From Methanocaldococcus indicus (GTDB lineage Archaea; AGJL01; Methanococci; Methanococcales; Methanocaldococcaceae), in contig NZ_CP186926.1 in assembly GCF_049554935.1 (NCBI RefSeq), positions 384,001 to 448,000 of the forward strand: a stretch of DNA of 64,000 nucleotides, written 5' to 3'. Shown here in pieces: positions 1-13,359 of this stretch. Numbering within the stretch: position 1 is the first letter of the stretch; each line of letters starts with the position of its first letter. The notes under the pieces were generated by a model that saw nothing but the letters and a program-made list of their open reading frames with translations, did not search any database and had not been told where the DNA came from. The position numbers and the translations under genes are program-made.

Positions 1-605
1 TTGGCTATTCTTCTTCTCCAACCAAATCCAACATTTTTTAATGTTAAGTTCTCTCCCAATATATATGATGTTAAAAATCTTCTTTCATCTTTTGAGTAAT
101 GTTCAATAATCTCTTTAATATTTTCATTTTTAGGAGAGAGATATATATGGTATCCTCTATTACCACTAAAAACTATTTTTATATCTTCTTCATCAAATCC
201 AAAGTCAGGAAATAAAAACTCTTCAATTAAATAAAGAGTTTGCTTTTTTCCTTCTTCTAAGCAATATTTGCATATCCAATTGTCATCATGATTACATCTC
301 TTAGTTTTCTTAATATCCAAATCAAAGGCAATCTCTCTTCTAATAACTCCCTTCTTATCAGCACCACCTGAATTAGAAGGATATCTCATTATTGCCAATG
401 ATTTATATATATGATAAGGAACAATATTTAAAATCCAACTTTTATATTCTTTCTCATTTTTAAAAGATATGTTTCTATTATCAACTTTATTCTTTTTTCC
501 ATATCCAAATTCTCTATACTCAATAAACTCTGGAACTTCTAAAATATTGTTTTTTATAGCATATAGATAATATTTTTTATACAATCTGTTTATTATATTC
601 TCCAT
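1..605 (-). CDS. priS: DNA primase small (catalytic) subunit, 3' end outside window
   Basis: Manual translation from ATG at 605: MENIINRLYKKYY...REFGYG...AFDLD...FSGNRGYHIY; PriS motifs; ORF runs off the window start. Confidence 0.9.
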   Translation of the reverse strand, partial: MENIINRLYKKYYLYAIKNNILEVPEFIEYREFGYGKKNKVDNRNISFKNEKEYKSWILNIVPYHIYKSLAIMRYPSNSGGADKKGVIRREIAFDLDIKKTKRCNHDDNWICKYCLEEGKKQTLYLIEEFLFPDFGFDEEDIKIVFSGNRGYHIYLSPKNENIKEIIEHYSKDERRFLTSYILGENLTLKNVGFGWRRRIA

Positions 606-616
606 AAATCTCACAG

Positions 617-1624
617 GTGAAAATTTTGATTTTAGGTTTAGATATTGGTGGAGCTAATACTAAAATAACTCTCTTAGATAATAACTCTTATCATATAGAA
701 TCTAAATATTTGCCTTTTTGGAAAGATAAGGAAAAATTAAAAGATATTTTGAAAGATTATAATCCTGACTATGTAGGATTAGTTTTTACAGCAGAATTAG
801 CTGATTGCTATAAAACAAAAAAAGAAGGAGTTTTAGATATTATAACCAAAATCAAAAGTGTATTTAATTGCCCAATATATATTTTAGATGTTAATGGTAA
901 TTTTTTAACACCTGAGGAAGCTATAAAAAACTATTTAAATGTTTCTGCGAGTAATTGGGTTGCATCAGCTAAATTTATCTCTGAATTTGTTAAAGAGAGT
1001 TGTATATTTGTAGATATGGGCTCAACAACAACAGATATAATTCCCATAAAAGATAAAAATATATTAGCTGAAAAAACAGATTTAGATAGATTGATGAATA
1101 ATCAACTCCTCTATGTAGGGACTTTAAGGACTCCACTACATTTTTTAGCTAATAAAATAAAATTTAGAAATAGATTAACAAATATATCCTCTGAATATTT
1201 TTCAATAACAGCAGACATTTCCTTAATTTTAGGTAAGATATCTATTGATGATTATACATGTGATACTCCTGACAATGGAAAAAAAGATTTAGATGGATGT
1301 TTAACAAGATTAGCAAGGGTTTTATGTGCTGATAGAGAGTTAATATGTGATGATGAACTAATTTACTTGGCAAAAACCTTTTACAATAAACTTATAAACC
1401 TAATTAAAGAGGAAGTAGATAGTAATATAAAGAGATATAATATAGATGATATAGTTATAACTGGTTTGGGAGAGGAGATATTAAAAGATGCTTTAAAAGG
1501 ATATAATATAGTATCAATAAAAGAAAAATACAATAAGGAGGTGTCATTAGCTTTACCAAGTTTTTCTGTTGCTAATCTATTAAAACTATTTCTTGATTCC
1601 AAAGAAGTTAATCATTCCAATTAA
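617..1624 (+). CDS. mfnF: Hydantoinase/oxoprolinase-family methanofuran biosynthesis protein (MfnF-like)
   Basis: [16 protein letters not shown] and [11 protein letters not shown] motifs; lies between priS and marker 10 as in Methanococcales. Confidence 0.8.
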   Translation: MKILILGLDIGGANTKITLLDNNSYHIESKYLPFWKDKEKLKDILKDYNPDYVGLVFTAELADCYKTKKEGVLDIITKIKSVFNCPIYILDVNGNFLTPEEAIKNYLNVSASNWVASAKFISEFVKESCIFVDMGSTTTDIIPIKDKNILAEKTDLDRLMNNQLLYVGTLRTPLHFLANKIKFRNRLTNISSEYFSITADISLILGKISIDDYTCDTPDNGKKDLDGCLTRLARVLCADRELICDDELIYLAKTFYNKLINLIKEEVDSNIKRYNIDDIVITGLGEEILKDALKGYNIVSIKEKYNKEVSLALPSFSVANLLKLFLDSKEVNHSN

Positions 1625-2821
1625 TTCCTCAAAAGCTTTAATTTCAAATTCAATGGCTTCCTTTTTTGAATAACTGCCACTAATTTCTCCATCTAATGTT
1701 AAGCTTTCTACTCCCCTAACAACTATCCTATCTTTTCCATCCCTTCTTAAAATTTCCTCAGCTACATTTGTATGGACAAATGCATTAGCGGGAATAAAGA
1801 CAGTATCTTTAACCTCTCTTAAATCTATTTTTTCTAAATCTTTGGATGTTATTAAATCAGCTATATCTTTATTAACTTTAACAACATTTACATCAGTATT
1901 TTCAAATATTTTATTTAAGTAAGGATAAGCTATCTTTCCTGTTATTATAGTTGCTTCTCCTTCAACTTTATCTCTCAATTTTTCTAAAATTTTTTCTTCC
2001 TTTGCAATAGCAAATGGTGTATTTGTTACTGGGTCATATAGAGGAGTTCCTGAAACTCTTATATAATCTCCAAATTCTTCATAAACTTTCTTAACAATAT
2101 TTTTAAATTCTTCAACTGAATGTGTCTTTAAACCTTCAATTATTGGGGCATTTCCTAAAATTAAGCCCTGTTCTTCTGTATTTGCAAATCTCATTAATAT
2201 AACTGCCTTAGCTCCCCAATCTACTAAATCACTTATAGTCTTAAAAAGTTCTTCTCCATCATTTACTCCTGGAATAACAATTATAGCACAATGAACTTCA
2301 CAATTTTCACAAAAATATTTTAAGCATTTTAAAGCTGTTTCAGCATTTTTATCATTCATCCATTCTTTTCTTAACTTTGGATTTGTTGAAAAGACAGAAA
2401 AAGTGACTTCATCAACACCATAATCAACTAAATTTTTTGCTATCTCTTCATTATTAAAACCTTTGCCAGATGTATAACCTAAATGGATTTTTAAATTAAA
2501 GTTAGATATTGCTTTACATAAATCTTCCAAAAATGGATAACAACTTACATCCCCTCCAGCTGTTAAAGAAACTTTTTTATATCTCTTAAAAATTAAAGAA
2601 CTTTGTAAATTCATCAAAACCATAGGAATTGGTAAAAAATCTCCATTAATTTCTCTAACTGAGTATGTACAGTATTCACAACCTACTGTAAATTGGCAAT
2701 ACTTACAACCTAAGGGATATAAATTATTTTTATCTAACTTTCTAAAATAGCAAAACTTACAAAATCCATTGCAATTAACTCCTGGCTCCCCTTTTAAGTC
2801 TAATAATAACCTACTCTCCAT
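1586..2821 (-). CDS. mmp10: Methanogenesis marker 10 radical SAM protein (MCR arginine methyltransferase)
   Basis: CNGFCKFC radical SAM motif plus GCKYC...GCEYC iron loop, [14 protein letters not shown]. Confidence 0.88.
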   Translation of the reverse strand: MESRLLLDLKGEPGVNCNGFCKFCYFRKLDKNNLYPLGCKYCQFTVGCEYCTYSVREINGDFLPIPMVLMNLQSSLIFKRYKKVSLTAGGDVSCYPFLEDLCKAISNFNLKIHLGYTSGKGFNNEEIAKNLVDYGVDEVTFSVFSTNPKLRKEWMNDKNAETALKCLKYFCENCEVHCAIIVIPGVNDGEELFKTISDLVDWGAKAVILMRFANTEEQGLILGNAPIIEGLKTHSVEEFKNIVKKVYEEFGDYIRVSGTPLYDPVTNTPFAIAKEEKILEKLRDKVEGEATIITGKIAYPYLNKIFENTDVNVVKVNKDIADLITSKDLEKIDLREVKDTVFIPANAFVHTNVAEEILRRDGKDRIVVRGVESLTLDGEISGSYSKKEAIEFEIKAFEELIGMINFFGIKK

Positions 2822-2864
2822 ATCTATCCCAAGAAATAAAAAATTAAAAATTAAATATTATAAT

Positions 2865-3962
<1,098 letters not shown>

Positions 3963-4045
3963 TTAAGATTAAACTTAAAAAATTAAATAATTATTGTAAA
4001 TGAAAATGAATTATAGAAATAATAAAAATAATAAAATCAAGTTAA

Positions 4046-5137
4046 ATGGGAATTTTTATGCTAATAAAGTCCAAATTTTTAGTTGGTGAAGATTTTGAAA
4101 TTAAAGAGGGAACTATAATTATTGAAGATGGAGAAATTAAAGGATTTACAAATGAAAAGGAAGATTTAAAAGTTAATGGACTATTTATTCCGGGAGTAAT
4201 AAATGCTCATACTCACATAGCAGACAATATAATAAAAGATATTGGTGTTAATAAAACTTTGGATGAATTGGTTAAGCCTCCAAATGGACTAAAACATAAA
4301 TATTTAAAAGTTCTCTCAAATGAAGATATAAAAAGAGGGATTTTATATGGATTAAAAGATTTAGAAGATTTTGGTGTTAAAATTTTTTGTGATTTTAGAG
4401 AAAATGGATTAGATGGAGTTAAACTTTTAAAAGAGTGTTTGAATAAGAGTAAAGTCAAAGGAGTTGTTTTAGGAAGACCATCAAGCTTAGAAGAATGCAA
4501 AGAGATATTAAAGATAGCTGATGGTATAAATTTAAGTGGTGCAAATGAAAACTCAGATAATTTTCTAAAAGCTGTTTATAAAGAATGCTTAAAAAACAAT
4601 AAACTTTTTGGGATACATGTAGCTGAGCATAAAGAAGCAGTAGAATTTAGCTTAAAAAAATATAATAAAACTGAATTAGAGAGATTAATTGATTTAGGAG
4701 TTATACCATCATTTATAGTTCATGGAGTCCATCTTACAGATAATGATATTTCTATCTTAGAAGAGAAAAATATTCCTATTGTATTATGTGTTAGAGCAAA
4801 TCTATATTTAAATGTTGGGATACCTAATTTAGAGAAATTAAAAAATTTAACTCTTGGCTTAGGAACAGATAATTTTATGATAAACTCTCCATCTATATTT
4901 AGAGAAATGGAATATATTTTTAGATTGTATCATTTAGAACCAAAAGAAATTTTAAGAATGGCTACTATAAACAATGCAAAAATATTAAATCTTGATAAAA
5001 TAGGATTAATTGAGGAAGGATACAAACCAATCTTTACTATTATAAAAGAAAATGCTTTTTTATTTAGTAAAGATATTGTTGCTTCATTGTTTAGGGTTGA
5101 AAAAGGAGATATTATAAATCTTAATATAATATATTAA
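4046..5137 (+). CDS. Amidohydrolase family metal-dependent hydrolase (start may be ATG 4058)
   Basis: PGVINAHTH, HVAEH and GLGTDN motifs. Confidence 0.85.
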   Translation: MGIFMLIKSKFLVGEDFEIKEGTIIIEDGEIKGFTNEKEDLKVNGLFIPGVINAHTHIADNIIKDIGVNKTLDELVKPPNGLKHKYLKVLSNEDIKRGILYGLKDLEDFGVKIFCDFRENGLDGVKLLKECLNKSKVKGVVLGRPSSLEECKEILKIADGINLSGANENSDNFLKAVYKECLKNNKLFGIHVAEHKEAVEFSLKKYNKTELERLIDLGVIPSFIVHGVHLTDNDISILEEKNIPIVLCVRANLYLNVGIPNLEKLKNLTLGLGTDNFMINSPSIFREMEYIFRLYHLEPKEILRMATINNAKILNLDKIGLIEEGYKPIFTIIKENAFLFSKDIVASLFRVEKGDIINLNIIY

Positions 5138-5192
5138 AATTAATTATACCTATAAGTATTTATTTTAGATTGTTAGGAAATTTATAATATAA

Positions 5193-6209
<1,017 letters not shown>

Positions 6210-6269
6210 ATTTTATTATCTATTTTTTAATTTTTTAATTATATATAGTTATATAGCAGATGGTTAGAT

Positions 6270-6698
6270 ATGGATATATTAAATAAGTTAAATATAAAAA
6301 TTGATGAACTCATTGATAGTGCTTTAATGTTGTATGTTGGAGAAAAGAATGAGATTCCAAAAGTTAAAGAAAAGTTAGAGAAAATTATTATAGATAGTTT
6401 AAATAATCCAAATGTATCAGTTTTATTGATAGCTGCTTTTTTATTAGATAAAGAAGGAAAAAAAGGGAACCTTCCATTTAATTATCATGATGACCCAAAC
6501 TATATTTATGTTGATGAAGTTATTGGCTTAGCTATTGCAAATGAAATAGCAGGGACAAAAGCTATATTTAATTTTAGATTCTATGATAAGCATAAACCTG
6601 GAGTTATTGGTAAGTTGGATAGAGAAGGTTATATGTTTTTAGATGATGCAATTGCTGGATTGTTGGCTGGATGTATGAGCAAAGTATTTGAAAAATAA
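6270..6698 (+). CDS. cobZ: Alpha-ribazole phosphatase CobZ / PgpA-like protein
   Basis: DDPNYIYVDEVIG, FNFRFYD..KPG, FLDDAIAGLLAG typical of the archaeal PgpA-like CobZ family. Confidence 0.7.
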   Translation: MDILNKLNIKIDELIDSALMLYVGEKNEIPKVKEKLEKIIIDSLNNPNVSVLLIAAFLLDKEGKKGNLPFNYHDDPNYIYVDEVIGLAIANEIAGTKAIFNFRFYDKHKPGVIGKLDREGYMFLDDAIAGLLAGCMSKVFEK

Positions 6699-6717
6699 AA
6701 ATTTTTGGTGAAAAAAT

Positions 6718-8025
6718 ATGCTAAAAGCAATAGAGAAGTTTTTTGAGTTTGAAAAGTATAATACTAATATAAAAATTGAGACATTAGCAGGACTAACAAC
6801 TTTTATGACTATGGCTTATATTATCTTTGTGAATCCAGCAATACTTTCAAAGACAGGAATGGACTTTGGAGCTGTTATGGTTGCTACTTGCTTAGCATCA
6901 GCAATAGCTACTTTTATAATGGGTGTTTATGCAAGATATCCTTTTGCCTTAGCACCTGGAATGGGATTAAATGCTTATTTTACTTATGGAGTTTGTTTAG
7001 GGATGGGAATTGATTGGAGAGTTGCATTAGGAGCAGTCTTTATTTCAGGTGTTTTGTTTGTTATTTTAACATTAACAAAAATTAGAAGTTGGATTTTTAA
7101 TGTTATTCCTAATGCTATTAAGTATGGAACTGCTGTTGGTATTGGATTGTTTATAGCTTTTATAGGGTTAAAAGCTGCTGGAATTATTGTAGCAAGTAAA
7201 GCAACTTATGTTACATTAGGTAATCTTTTAAATCCAACAACAGCATTGGCAATGTTTGGGATATTATTAACAGCTATCTTAGTTAGTAGAAATGTTATAG
7301 GAGGAATACTATTAGGAATAATAATAACTTCTTTAATAGGGATGATTTTAGGATTATCCCCATTCCCTGATGGAATAGTTTCTTTACCTCCTTCAATTGC
7401 TCCAACATTTATGAAATTAGATGTTATTGGAGCTTTAAATTTAGGATTATTAACAATTGTCTTAGCTTTCTTCTTTGTTGATTTGTTTGATACATTAGGA
7501 ACATTATCAGCATTAGCCTCTCAAGCAGGATATTTAGATAAAGATGGAAAATTACCAAGAATAGAAAAAGCTTTAATGGCAGATTCTACTGGGACTGTTG
7601 TAGGTTCAATATTAGGAACTTCAACTGTAACAACATATATAGAATCTGCCTCTGGAATTGCTGTTGGTGGAAGAACAGGATTTGTTGCAGTTGTAGTTTC
7701 AATATTGTTCTTATTGTCAATATTCTTTTATCCATTAGTTAAAGCAATTCCAGAATATGCAACAGCATCAGCTTTGGTTATAGTTGGAGCTTTAATGATG
7801 AAGGCAATAAAATACATTGATTTTGATGACTATACAGAGGGAATTCCTGCATTTATAACACTCTTAACAATTCCTTTAACATTTAGTATTGCAAATGGTT
7901 TAGCTCTTGGATTTATTTCATATGTTGTCCTAAAAGTATTTACTGGGAAATACAAAGAGGTTCATTGGTTAGTTTATATCTTAGCAGGAATATTTGCTTT
8001 AAGATTTATTTATCTTGGTCATTAA
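6718..8025 (+). CDS. NCS2/AzgA family purine permease
   Basis: AGLTTFMTMAYI, APGMGLNAYF, TTYIESASG, GGRTG; many TM helices. Confidence 0.93.
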   Translation: MLKAIEKFFEFEKYNTNIKIETLAGLTTFMTMAYIIFVNPAILSKTGMDFGAVMVATCLASAIATFIMGVYARYPFALAPGMGLNAYFTYGVCLGMGIDWRVALGAVFISGVLFVILTLTKIRSWIFNVIPNAIKYGTAVGIGLFIAFIGLKAAGIIVASKATYVTLGNLLNPTTALAMFGILLTAILVSRNVIGGILLGIIITSLIGMILGLSPFPDGIVSLPPSIAPTFMKLDVIGALNLGLLTIVLAFFFVDLFDTLGTLSALASQAGYLDKDGKLPRIEKALMADSTGTVVGSILGTSTVTTYIESASGIAVGGRTGFVAVVVSILFLLSIFFYPLVKAIPEYATASALVIVGALMMKAIKYIDFDDYTEGIPAFITLLTIPLTFSIANGLALGFISYVVLKVFTGKYKEVHWLVYILAGIFALRFIYLGH

Positions 8026-8094
8026 GCTAAATATACTAAAAAAATTTTTATTATCATTTATCATTATATTTTTAATAAAAAATCTGGGTTTGTT

Positions 8095-8505
8095 ATGAGA
8101 GGGCAGATAGCAATAGATGCTATTTTAGCAGTATTGTTTTTGTTATTGGTAAGTACTGTATTATCCTATACAATAATCTTTAACTCAAAAGAGACAACTT
8201 ACTCATTATTAGCAGATAGATTTTCAGATATTGCTGATACTATTGATAACTATATTTTATTATCTTACTCCCAACAAAAAAATATAACAATTGTTTTAAA
8301 ACCTGTTGGAACTTTAACTTACTCAGTTTATATTAAAAATTATGTTATTGATGTTGATAGTCCCATATACATTAAAATTGTTCCTTATGAAGATGGAGTA
8401 AAGTTAGAGAATGTTAATACCTCAACAATAGATGTAGGGAATAGAGTTGTTATAATTCACAATAGTATAAACATATCAAAACCTTTAAAGGTTAAGATAT
8501 ATTAG
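8095..8505 (+). CDS. Class III signal peptide (type IV pilin-like) protein
   Basis: N-terminus MRGQIAIDAILAVL: RG/Q cleavage motif followed by a hydrophobic helix. Confidence 0.7.
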   Translation: MRGQIAIDAILAVLFLLLVSTVLSYTIIFNSKETTYSLLADRFSDIADTIDNYILLSYSQQKNITIVLKPVGTLTYSVYIKNYVIDVDSPIYIKIVPYEDGVKLENVNTSTIDVGNRVVIIHNSINISKPLKVKIY

Positions 8506-9850
8506 CTATTGTTCTTACATATCCTCCTCCATCTCCAACAGGGACAGTTTGTCCATTTTTTCCACAGTATCCAATATTCAGCTCAAAATCCTTAGTTACT
8601 GCATCAACTTTAAATAATATGTCTAAAATCTCTCCACTTAATCCAGCATCTCTTAAATTATCTCTTAATTCACCATTTTCTATTAATCTTGCTTCAACTG
8701 CTGAAAATTGGAAAATACCTTTTCCAGTATCTACTTGTCCTCCTCTTGAACCAATTAATAAAATTCCATTCCTTGTATCTTCTATTAACTCATCTAAATT
8801 CCAATCTCCTGGTTTTATGTAGGTGTTGCTCATTCTAACAATTGGTTTATTTAATCCTTCTGCTCTACCATTTCCTGTTAATTCAGCATCTAATCTTCCA
8901 GCTGTTTCTCTACTATGCAAATAACTCTTTAATATACCTTTTTCAATAATTACAGTTTCTTTTCCTTTAACACCTTCATCATCATATTTATATGAGCCAA
9001 AACCATCTTTTATAGTTGGGTTATCTATGATAGTTACATATTCACTACCTACTTCTTCACCTAATTTATCTTTAAATACACTATCATTTTGTAAAACCAA
9101 ATCTGCTTCAGCAGCATGTCCAACAGCTTCATGTATAAATACTCCTGCTAATTCTGGATTCAATATAACTTTAAACTCACCTTTTGGGCATTTTTTAGCA
9201 TTTAATAATCTTAAAACTCTATCTTTTGCCTCTTTTGCTTTATTTAGATAGTTGTCTAAAATTATTTTAAAATCAACTCCTCCAACTCTTTCAGAGGAAA
9301 ATTGTAAATTTCCATTTTCCTCTGCAACACAATTCATTCCTAAATAACATCCATATTTTATACTTTCAATACAGCTCCCTTCACTGTTTAAAAAAATCTT
9401 TTTGGAGTAGCCATCAGAATAACTGACAGTTACACTTTTAATTTTATCATCTTTTAATTCACTATATGTATTAAATAAAATCTCTTCTTTATCTTTGATA
9501 TCCACATCAGTAGGTTTTATTTTTCCGGAAATTTCATATTTATCTTTTATAGCTTTATATTCTTTAAATTTTACCTCTTTATTTGAGTATTCATTTGATA
9601 GTTTTGCCATCTTATAAGCTTTCTCAATTAGTTCATTTATATTATTTATTTTATTTGAAAGAGCAAAACCCCAACCATTTTTATACAAAACTCTTACAGA
9701 AACTCCATAACTTACTCCTGAACTAATCTCCTCAATATTTCCATCTTTTAATATCAAATTATTACTTTCAGATTGAGCTATTCTAACATCTACATAATCC
9801 CCAATATCTAAATTTATCTTATCTATATCTATGTTCATAAATCTCACCAA
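8492..9850 (-). CDS. tldD: TldD/PmbA family metalloprotease
   Basis: GVFIHEAVGHAAEAD, YDDEG, RMSNTY, CGKNGQTVPV. Confidence 0.92.
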   Translation of the reverse strand: MVRFMNIDIDKINLDIGDYVDVRIAQSESNNLILKDGNIEEISSGVSYGVSVRVLYKNGWGFALSNKINNINELIEKAYKMAKLSNEYSNKEVKFKEYKAIKDKYEISGKIKPTDVDIKDKEEILFNTYSELKDDKIKSVTVSYSDGYSKKIFLNSEGSCIESIKYGCYLGMNCVAEENGNLQFSSERVGGVDFKIILDNYLNKAKEAKDRVLRLLNAKKCPKGEFKVILNPELAGVFIHEAVGHAAEADLVLQNDSVFKDKLGEEVGSEYVTIIDNPTIKDGFGSYKYDDEGVKGKETVIIEKGILKSYLHSRETAGRLDAELTGNGRAEGLNKPIVRMSNTYIKPGDWNLDELIEDTRNGILLIGSRGGQVDTGKGIFQFSAVEARLIENGELRDNLRDAGLSGEILDILFKVDAVTKDFELNIGYCGKNGQTVPVGDGGGYVRTIANIS

Positions 9851-9911
9851 AAAATAATATAATCTAATTTTAAAAATATCTTTTTAAGATATAAGATTTA
9901 AGTGATTACTT

Positions 9912-10631
9912 ATGGACTCTTTTGAAAAGCTTAAAGATAAGTATAAAGGAAAAAGGATAGTTTTAGCATATTCTGGTGGAATAGATAGCTTAGTTTTAGC
10001 TATCTTATTGAGTGAAGTAGCTAATATTCTAAATGTATTCATAAAAACTCCCTATATATCTAACTATTCATTAAAAAATGCTATAAGGTTAGCAGAAAAA
10101 TACAAATTAAATCTTAGAGTAATTAATATAAATGAAATAATAAAAAATGATAAATATAGATGTTACTATTGCAAGAAGATGTTTTTTGAAACTTTAAATG
10201 AGATAAAGGATACTGAGAACCATGATTTAGTTGTTGATGGAACTAACTATGATGATATATTTGAAGATAGAAAAGGTTTAAAAGCTAAGGAAGAGTTAAA
10301 TGTAGTTTCTCCCTATGTAGAATTTAAAATTAGGAAAAGAGATATTTTAGATTATGCCAAAAACAACAATATTGAAATTCCTCCAAAAGAAACATGTCTA
10401 TTAACAAGATTTTATAGAGAGGTAGATTTAGAGGACATAAAGAAAGTTGAAATCTTAGAGGAGTTTTTAAGAAATTTTACAGAAGGAGCTATAAGGTTAA
10501 GAGATTACATAGATTATTGTATATTAGAAGTAGAATATCCCGAAGATATATTTAAGAATAGAGATAAGATTTTAAATCATTTAAAAAAATACTATAAGAA
10601 AGTTTTACTAAACTTAGAAAAATATCAATGA
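9912..10631 (+). CDS. PP-loop ATPase, LarE-like sulfur transferase
   Basis: AYSGGIDS PP-loop, RCYYCK, DGTNYDD, CLLTRF. Confidence 0.72.
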   Translation: MDSFEKLKDKYKGKRIVLAYSGGIDSLVLAILLSEVANILNVFIKTPYISNYSLKNAIRLAEKYKLNLRVININEIIKNDKYRCYYCKKMFFETLNEIKDTENHDLVVDGTNYDDIFEDRKGLKAKEELNVVSPYVEFKIRKRDILDYAKNNNIEIPPKETCLLTRFYREVDLEDIKKVEILEEFLRNFTEGAIRLRDYIDYCILEVEYPEDIFKNRDKILNHLKKYYKKVLLNLEKYQ

Positions 10632-10734
10632 ATTTAAATTATTTTTAATAATCCGTATAATTTTAATAGTATTGAGCTTTATAATAATTTACTTTTAAAA
10701 ACTATCAACCTACATATATTTGAAGGGGATTTTT

Positions 10735-13359
10735 ATGGCTAAAAAGAAGAAAAAAGAAACACCTAAATTAAGATGTCCTATTGTGAGTGTTTTAGGACAC
10801 GTTGACCATGGAAAATGTGTCCATCCTAAAAGTAAGATTTTAACAAAATATGGAGAAATAGAAATAGAGGAATTATTTAACATAAGTAATGAGATTGTTG
10901 ATAAAGACAATAAAAAAATTATTAAAAAGTTAGATATTGATGTTTATTCATTAGATAAGGATGGAAAAGTTAAAGAAATAAATTCATTGTATATTTGGAA
11001 ATTGAGACATGTTGGAAAATTAGTTAAAGTAAAAACAGAAAATTATGAGGTTATAACCACATTAGAACATCCATTCTTAACAAATTTAGGTTGGAAAAAA
11101 GGAGAATTTTTAAATGTTGGAGATTACATTGCAACAATAAAAAATGATACTGAAGATTATCCAATATTTGAAGATTTAAAGAGATTAAGGATTTTATTTG
11201 GATTAACAAAGGAAGAGGTAGATATAGAGAATTATAACAAAATTGAAAATGGGGAAATTGTCCCAAACAAAAGTATTATAGAAGAGTTCATTAAAAACCT
11301 AAATCCTAAAAATTTAGATGAAAAAATTAGAGTTTTAGAGAGTTTGGATAAAAGTAGTAAATACTATAAGGAGTTTTTAGAAGATGGTTTAATAGAAAAT
11401 GATAATTTAACTGAATTAGGAAAAGAAGCTCTTAATATATGGAAGAATAAGGAGTTTGGAGAGGAAGATAAAGAATATATCTTAAATTTAGTTAATAATA
11501 TATCTTTTGATAAGATTGAAGATATTGAATTTATAGATTATGATGGATATGTCTATGATTTATCTGTGGAAACAGAGAACTTTATAGCTAATGGTGTAGT
11601 TGTTCATAATACAACTCTATTAGATAAAATAAGAAAAACAAAAGTTGCTAAGAGAGAAGCAGGTGGAATGACTCAGCATATTGGAGCAAGTGAGATTCCT
11701 ATTGATGTAATAAAGAAGGTTTGTGGAGATTTATTAAAGATGTTAAAAGCTGATTTAAAAATACCTGGAATTTTGATGATAGATACTCCTGGACATGAAG
11801 CTTTCACTTCTCTAAGAAAAAGAGGAGGTGCTTTAGCAGATTTAGCTATTTTAGTTGTAGATATGAATGAAGGATTTATGCCTCAAACACATGAAGCTTT
11901 AAATATATTAATGCAGACAAAGACGCCATTTGTTGTAGCAGCTAATAAGATTGATTTAATTCCAGGTTGGAACTCTAAAGAAGATTATCCTTTTATATTA
12001 AACTTCAATGAAAAAGTTCAACATCCTAATGCATTAACAGAATTTGAAATTAGATTGTATGAAAATATTATAAAACCACTCAATGAGAAAGGATTTGATG
12101 CAGATTTATATTCAAGAGTTAAAGATTTAACTAAAACTGTCTGTATAATTCCTGTATCTGCTAAGACAGGAGAAGGTATCCCAGATTTATTAATGATGGT
12201 TGCAGGACTTGCACAGAAGTTTTTAGAAGAGAGATTAAAGTTGAATGTAGAAGGTTATGCAAAAGGGACAATTTTAGAAGTTAAAGAGGAGAAAGGTTTA
12301 GGGAAAACAATTGATGTAATTATTTATGATGGTATTGCTAAGAGAGGAGATTATTTAGTTGTTGGTTTGCCAAACAATGAAGTTTTAGTTACAAGAGTTA
12401 AAGCTCTTTTAAAGCCAAAACCTTTGGATGAAATGAGAGACCCAAGAGATAAGTTTAAGCCAGTTAATGAAGTTGTTGCAGCTGCTGGAGTTAAAATAGC
12501 TGCTCCTGATTTAGATAAAGTTATTGCTGGATGTCCTATAAGGATTGTGCCAAAGGATAAGATAGAGGAGGCAAAACAGGAGGTTATAAAAGAGGTTGAA
12601 GAGGCAAAGATAGAAGTTGATGATGAAGGAATCATAGTTAAAGCAGATACATTGGGTAGTTTAGAGGCATTATGTAATGAATTAAGAAAGGCAGGCATTA
12701 AAATCAAAAAAGCAGAGGTAGGGGATATATCTAAAAAGGATGTTATTGAAGCAGCATCATATCTACAAGATAATCCATTATATGCAGTTATAGTAGGATT
12801 TAATGTTAAGATTCTCCCAGATGCTGAAAAAGAGTTAGAAAAACACAAAGGAGTAAAGATATTCTTAGACAATATAATTTATAAGATTGTAGAGGATTTA
12901 ACTGAATGGATAGAGAAAGAAAAAGAAAGAAGAGAAAGAGAAGAATTTGAAAAATTAATAAAACCAGCAATAGTAAGAATATTGCCAGATTGTATATTTA
13001 GACAAAAATCTCCTGCTATCTGTGGAGTTGAAGTTTTAGAAGGAACATTAAAAGTAGGAGTGCCATTAATGAGAGAGGATGGTATGGAGTTAGGATATGT
13101 TAAGGAAATTAAATATAGGAATGAGAATGTGAAAGAAGCAAAAGAAGGACAAGCTGTCTCTATATCAATAGATGGGAGATGTACATTAAAGAGGCATGTA
13201 GATGAAGGAGACATAATGTATGTTAAAGTTCCTGAAGAGCATGTTAGGAAGTTGTATCATGAATATAGAGATAAGTTGAGAGAAGATGAAAAAGAAGCAT
13301 TATTAAAATATATGGAATTAATGCGGAAATTAACAGGAAATATATTCTGGGGAAGATAA
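10735..13359 (+). CDS. infB: Translation initiation factor IF-2 (aIF5B) with one intein
   Basis: LGHVDHGK|intein|TTLLD, EAGGMTQHIGA, DTPGHEAF, NKID; ATG 10735 preferred over TTG 10720. Confidence 0.96.
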   Translation: MAKKKKKETPKLRCPIVSVLGHVDHGKCVHPKSKILTKYGEIEIEELFNISNEIVDKDNKKIIKKLDIDVYSLDKDGKVKEINSLYIWKLRHVGKLVKVKTENYEVITTLEHPFLTNLGWKKGEFLNVGDYIATIKNDTEDYPIFEDLKRLRILFGLTKEEVDIENYNKIENGEIVPNKSIIEEFIKNLNPKNLDEKIRVLESLDKSSKYYKEFLEDGLIENDNLTELGKEALNIWKNKEFGEEDKEYILNLVNNISFDKIEDIEFIDYDGYVYDLSVETENFIANGVVVHNTTLLDKIRKTKVAKREAGGMTQHIGASEIPIDVIKKVCGDLLKMLKADLKIPGILMIDTPGHEAFTSLRKRGGALADLAILVVDMNEGFMPQTHEALNILMQTKTPFVVAANKIDLIPGWNSKEDYPFILNFNEKVQHPNALTEFEIRLYENIIKPLNEKGFDADLYSRVKDLTKTVCIIPVSAKTGEGIPDLLMMVAGLAQKFLEERLKLNVEGYAKGTILEVKEEKGLGKTIDVIIYDGIAKRGDYLVVGLPNNEVLVTRVKALLKPKPLDEMRDPRDKFKPVNEVVAAAGVKIAAPDLDKVIAGCPIRIVPKDKIEEAKQEVIKEVEEAKIEVDDEGIIVKADTLGSLEALCNELRKAGIKIKKAEVGDISKKDVIEAASYLQDNPLYAVIVGFNVKILPDAEKELEKHKGVKIFLDNIIYKIVEDLTEWIEKEKERREREEFEKLIKPAIVRILPDCIFRQKSPAICGVEVLEGTLKVGVPLMREDGMELGYVKEIKYRNENVKEAKEGQAVSISIDGRCTLKRHVDEGDIMYVKVPEEHVRKLYHEYRDKLREDEKEALLKYMELMRKLTGNIFWGR
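10816..11610 (+). mobile_element. Intein in IF-2 P-loop, 265 aa, no recognisable LAGLIDADG domain
   Basis: Begins CVHPKS, block B TTLEHPF, ends VYDLSV...VVHN before Thr. Confidence 0.92.
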
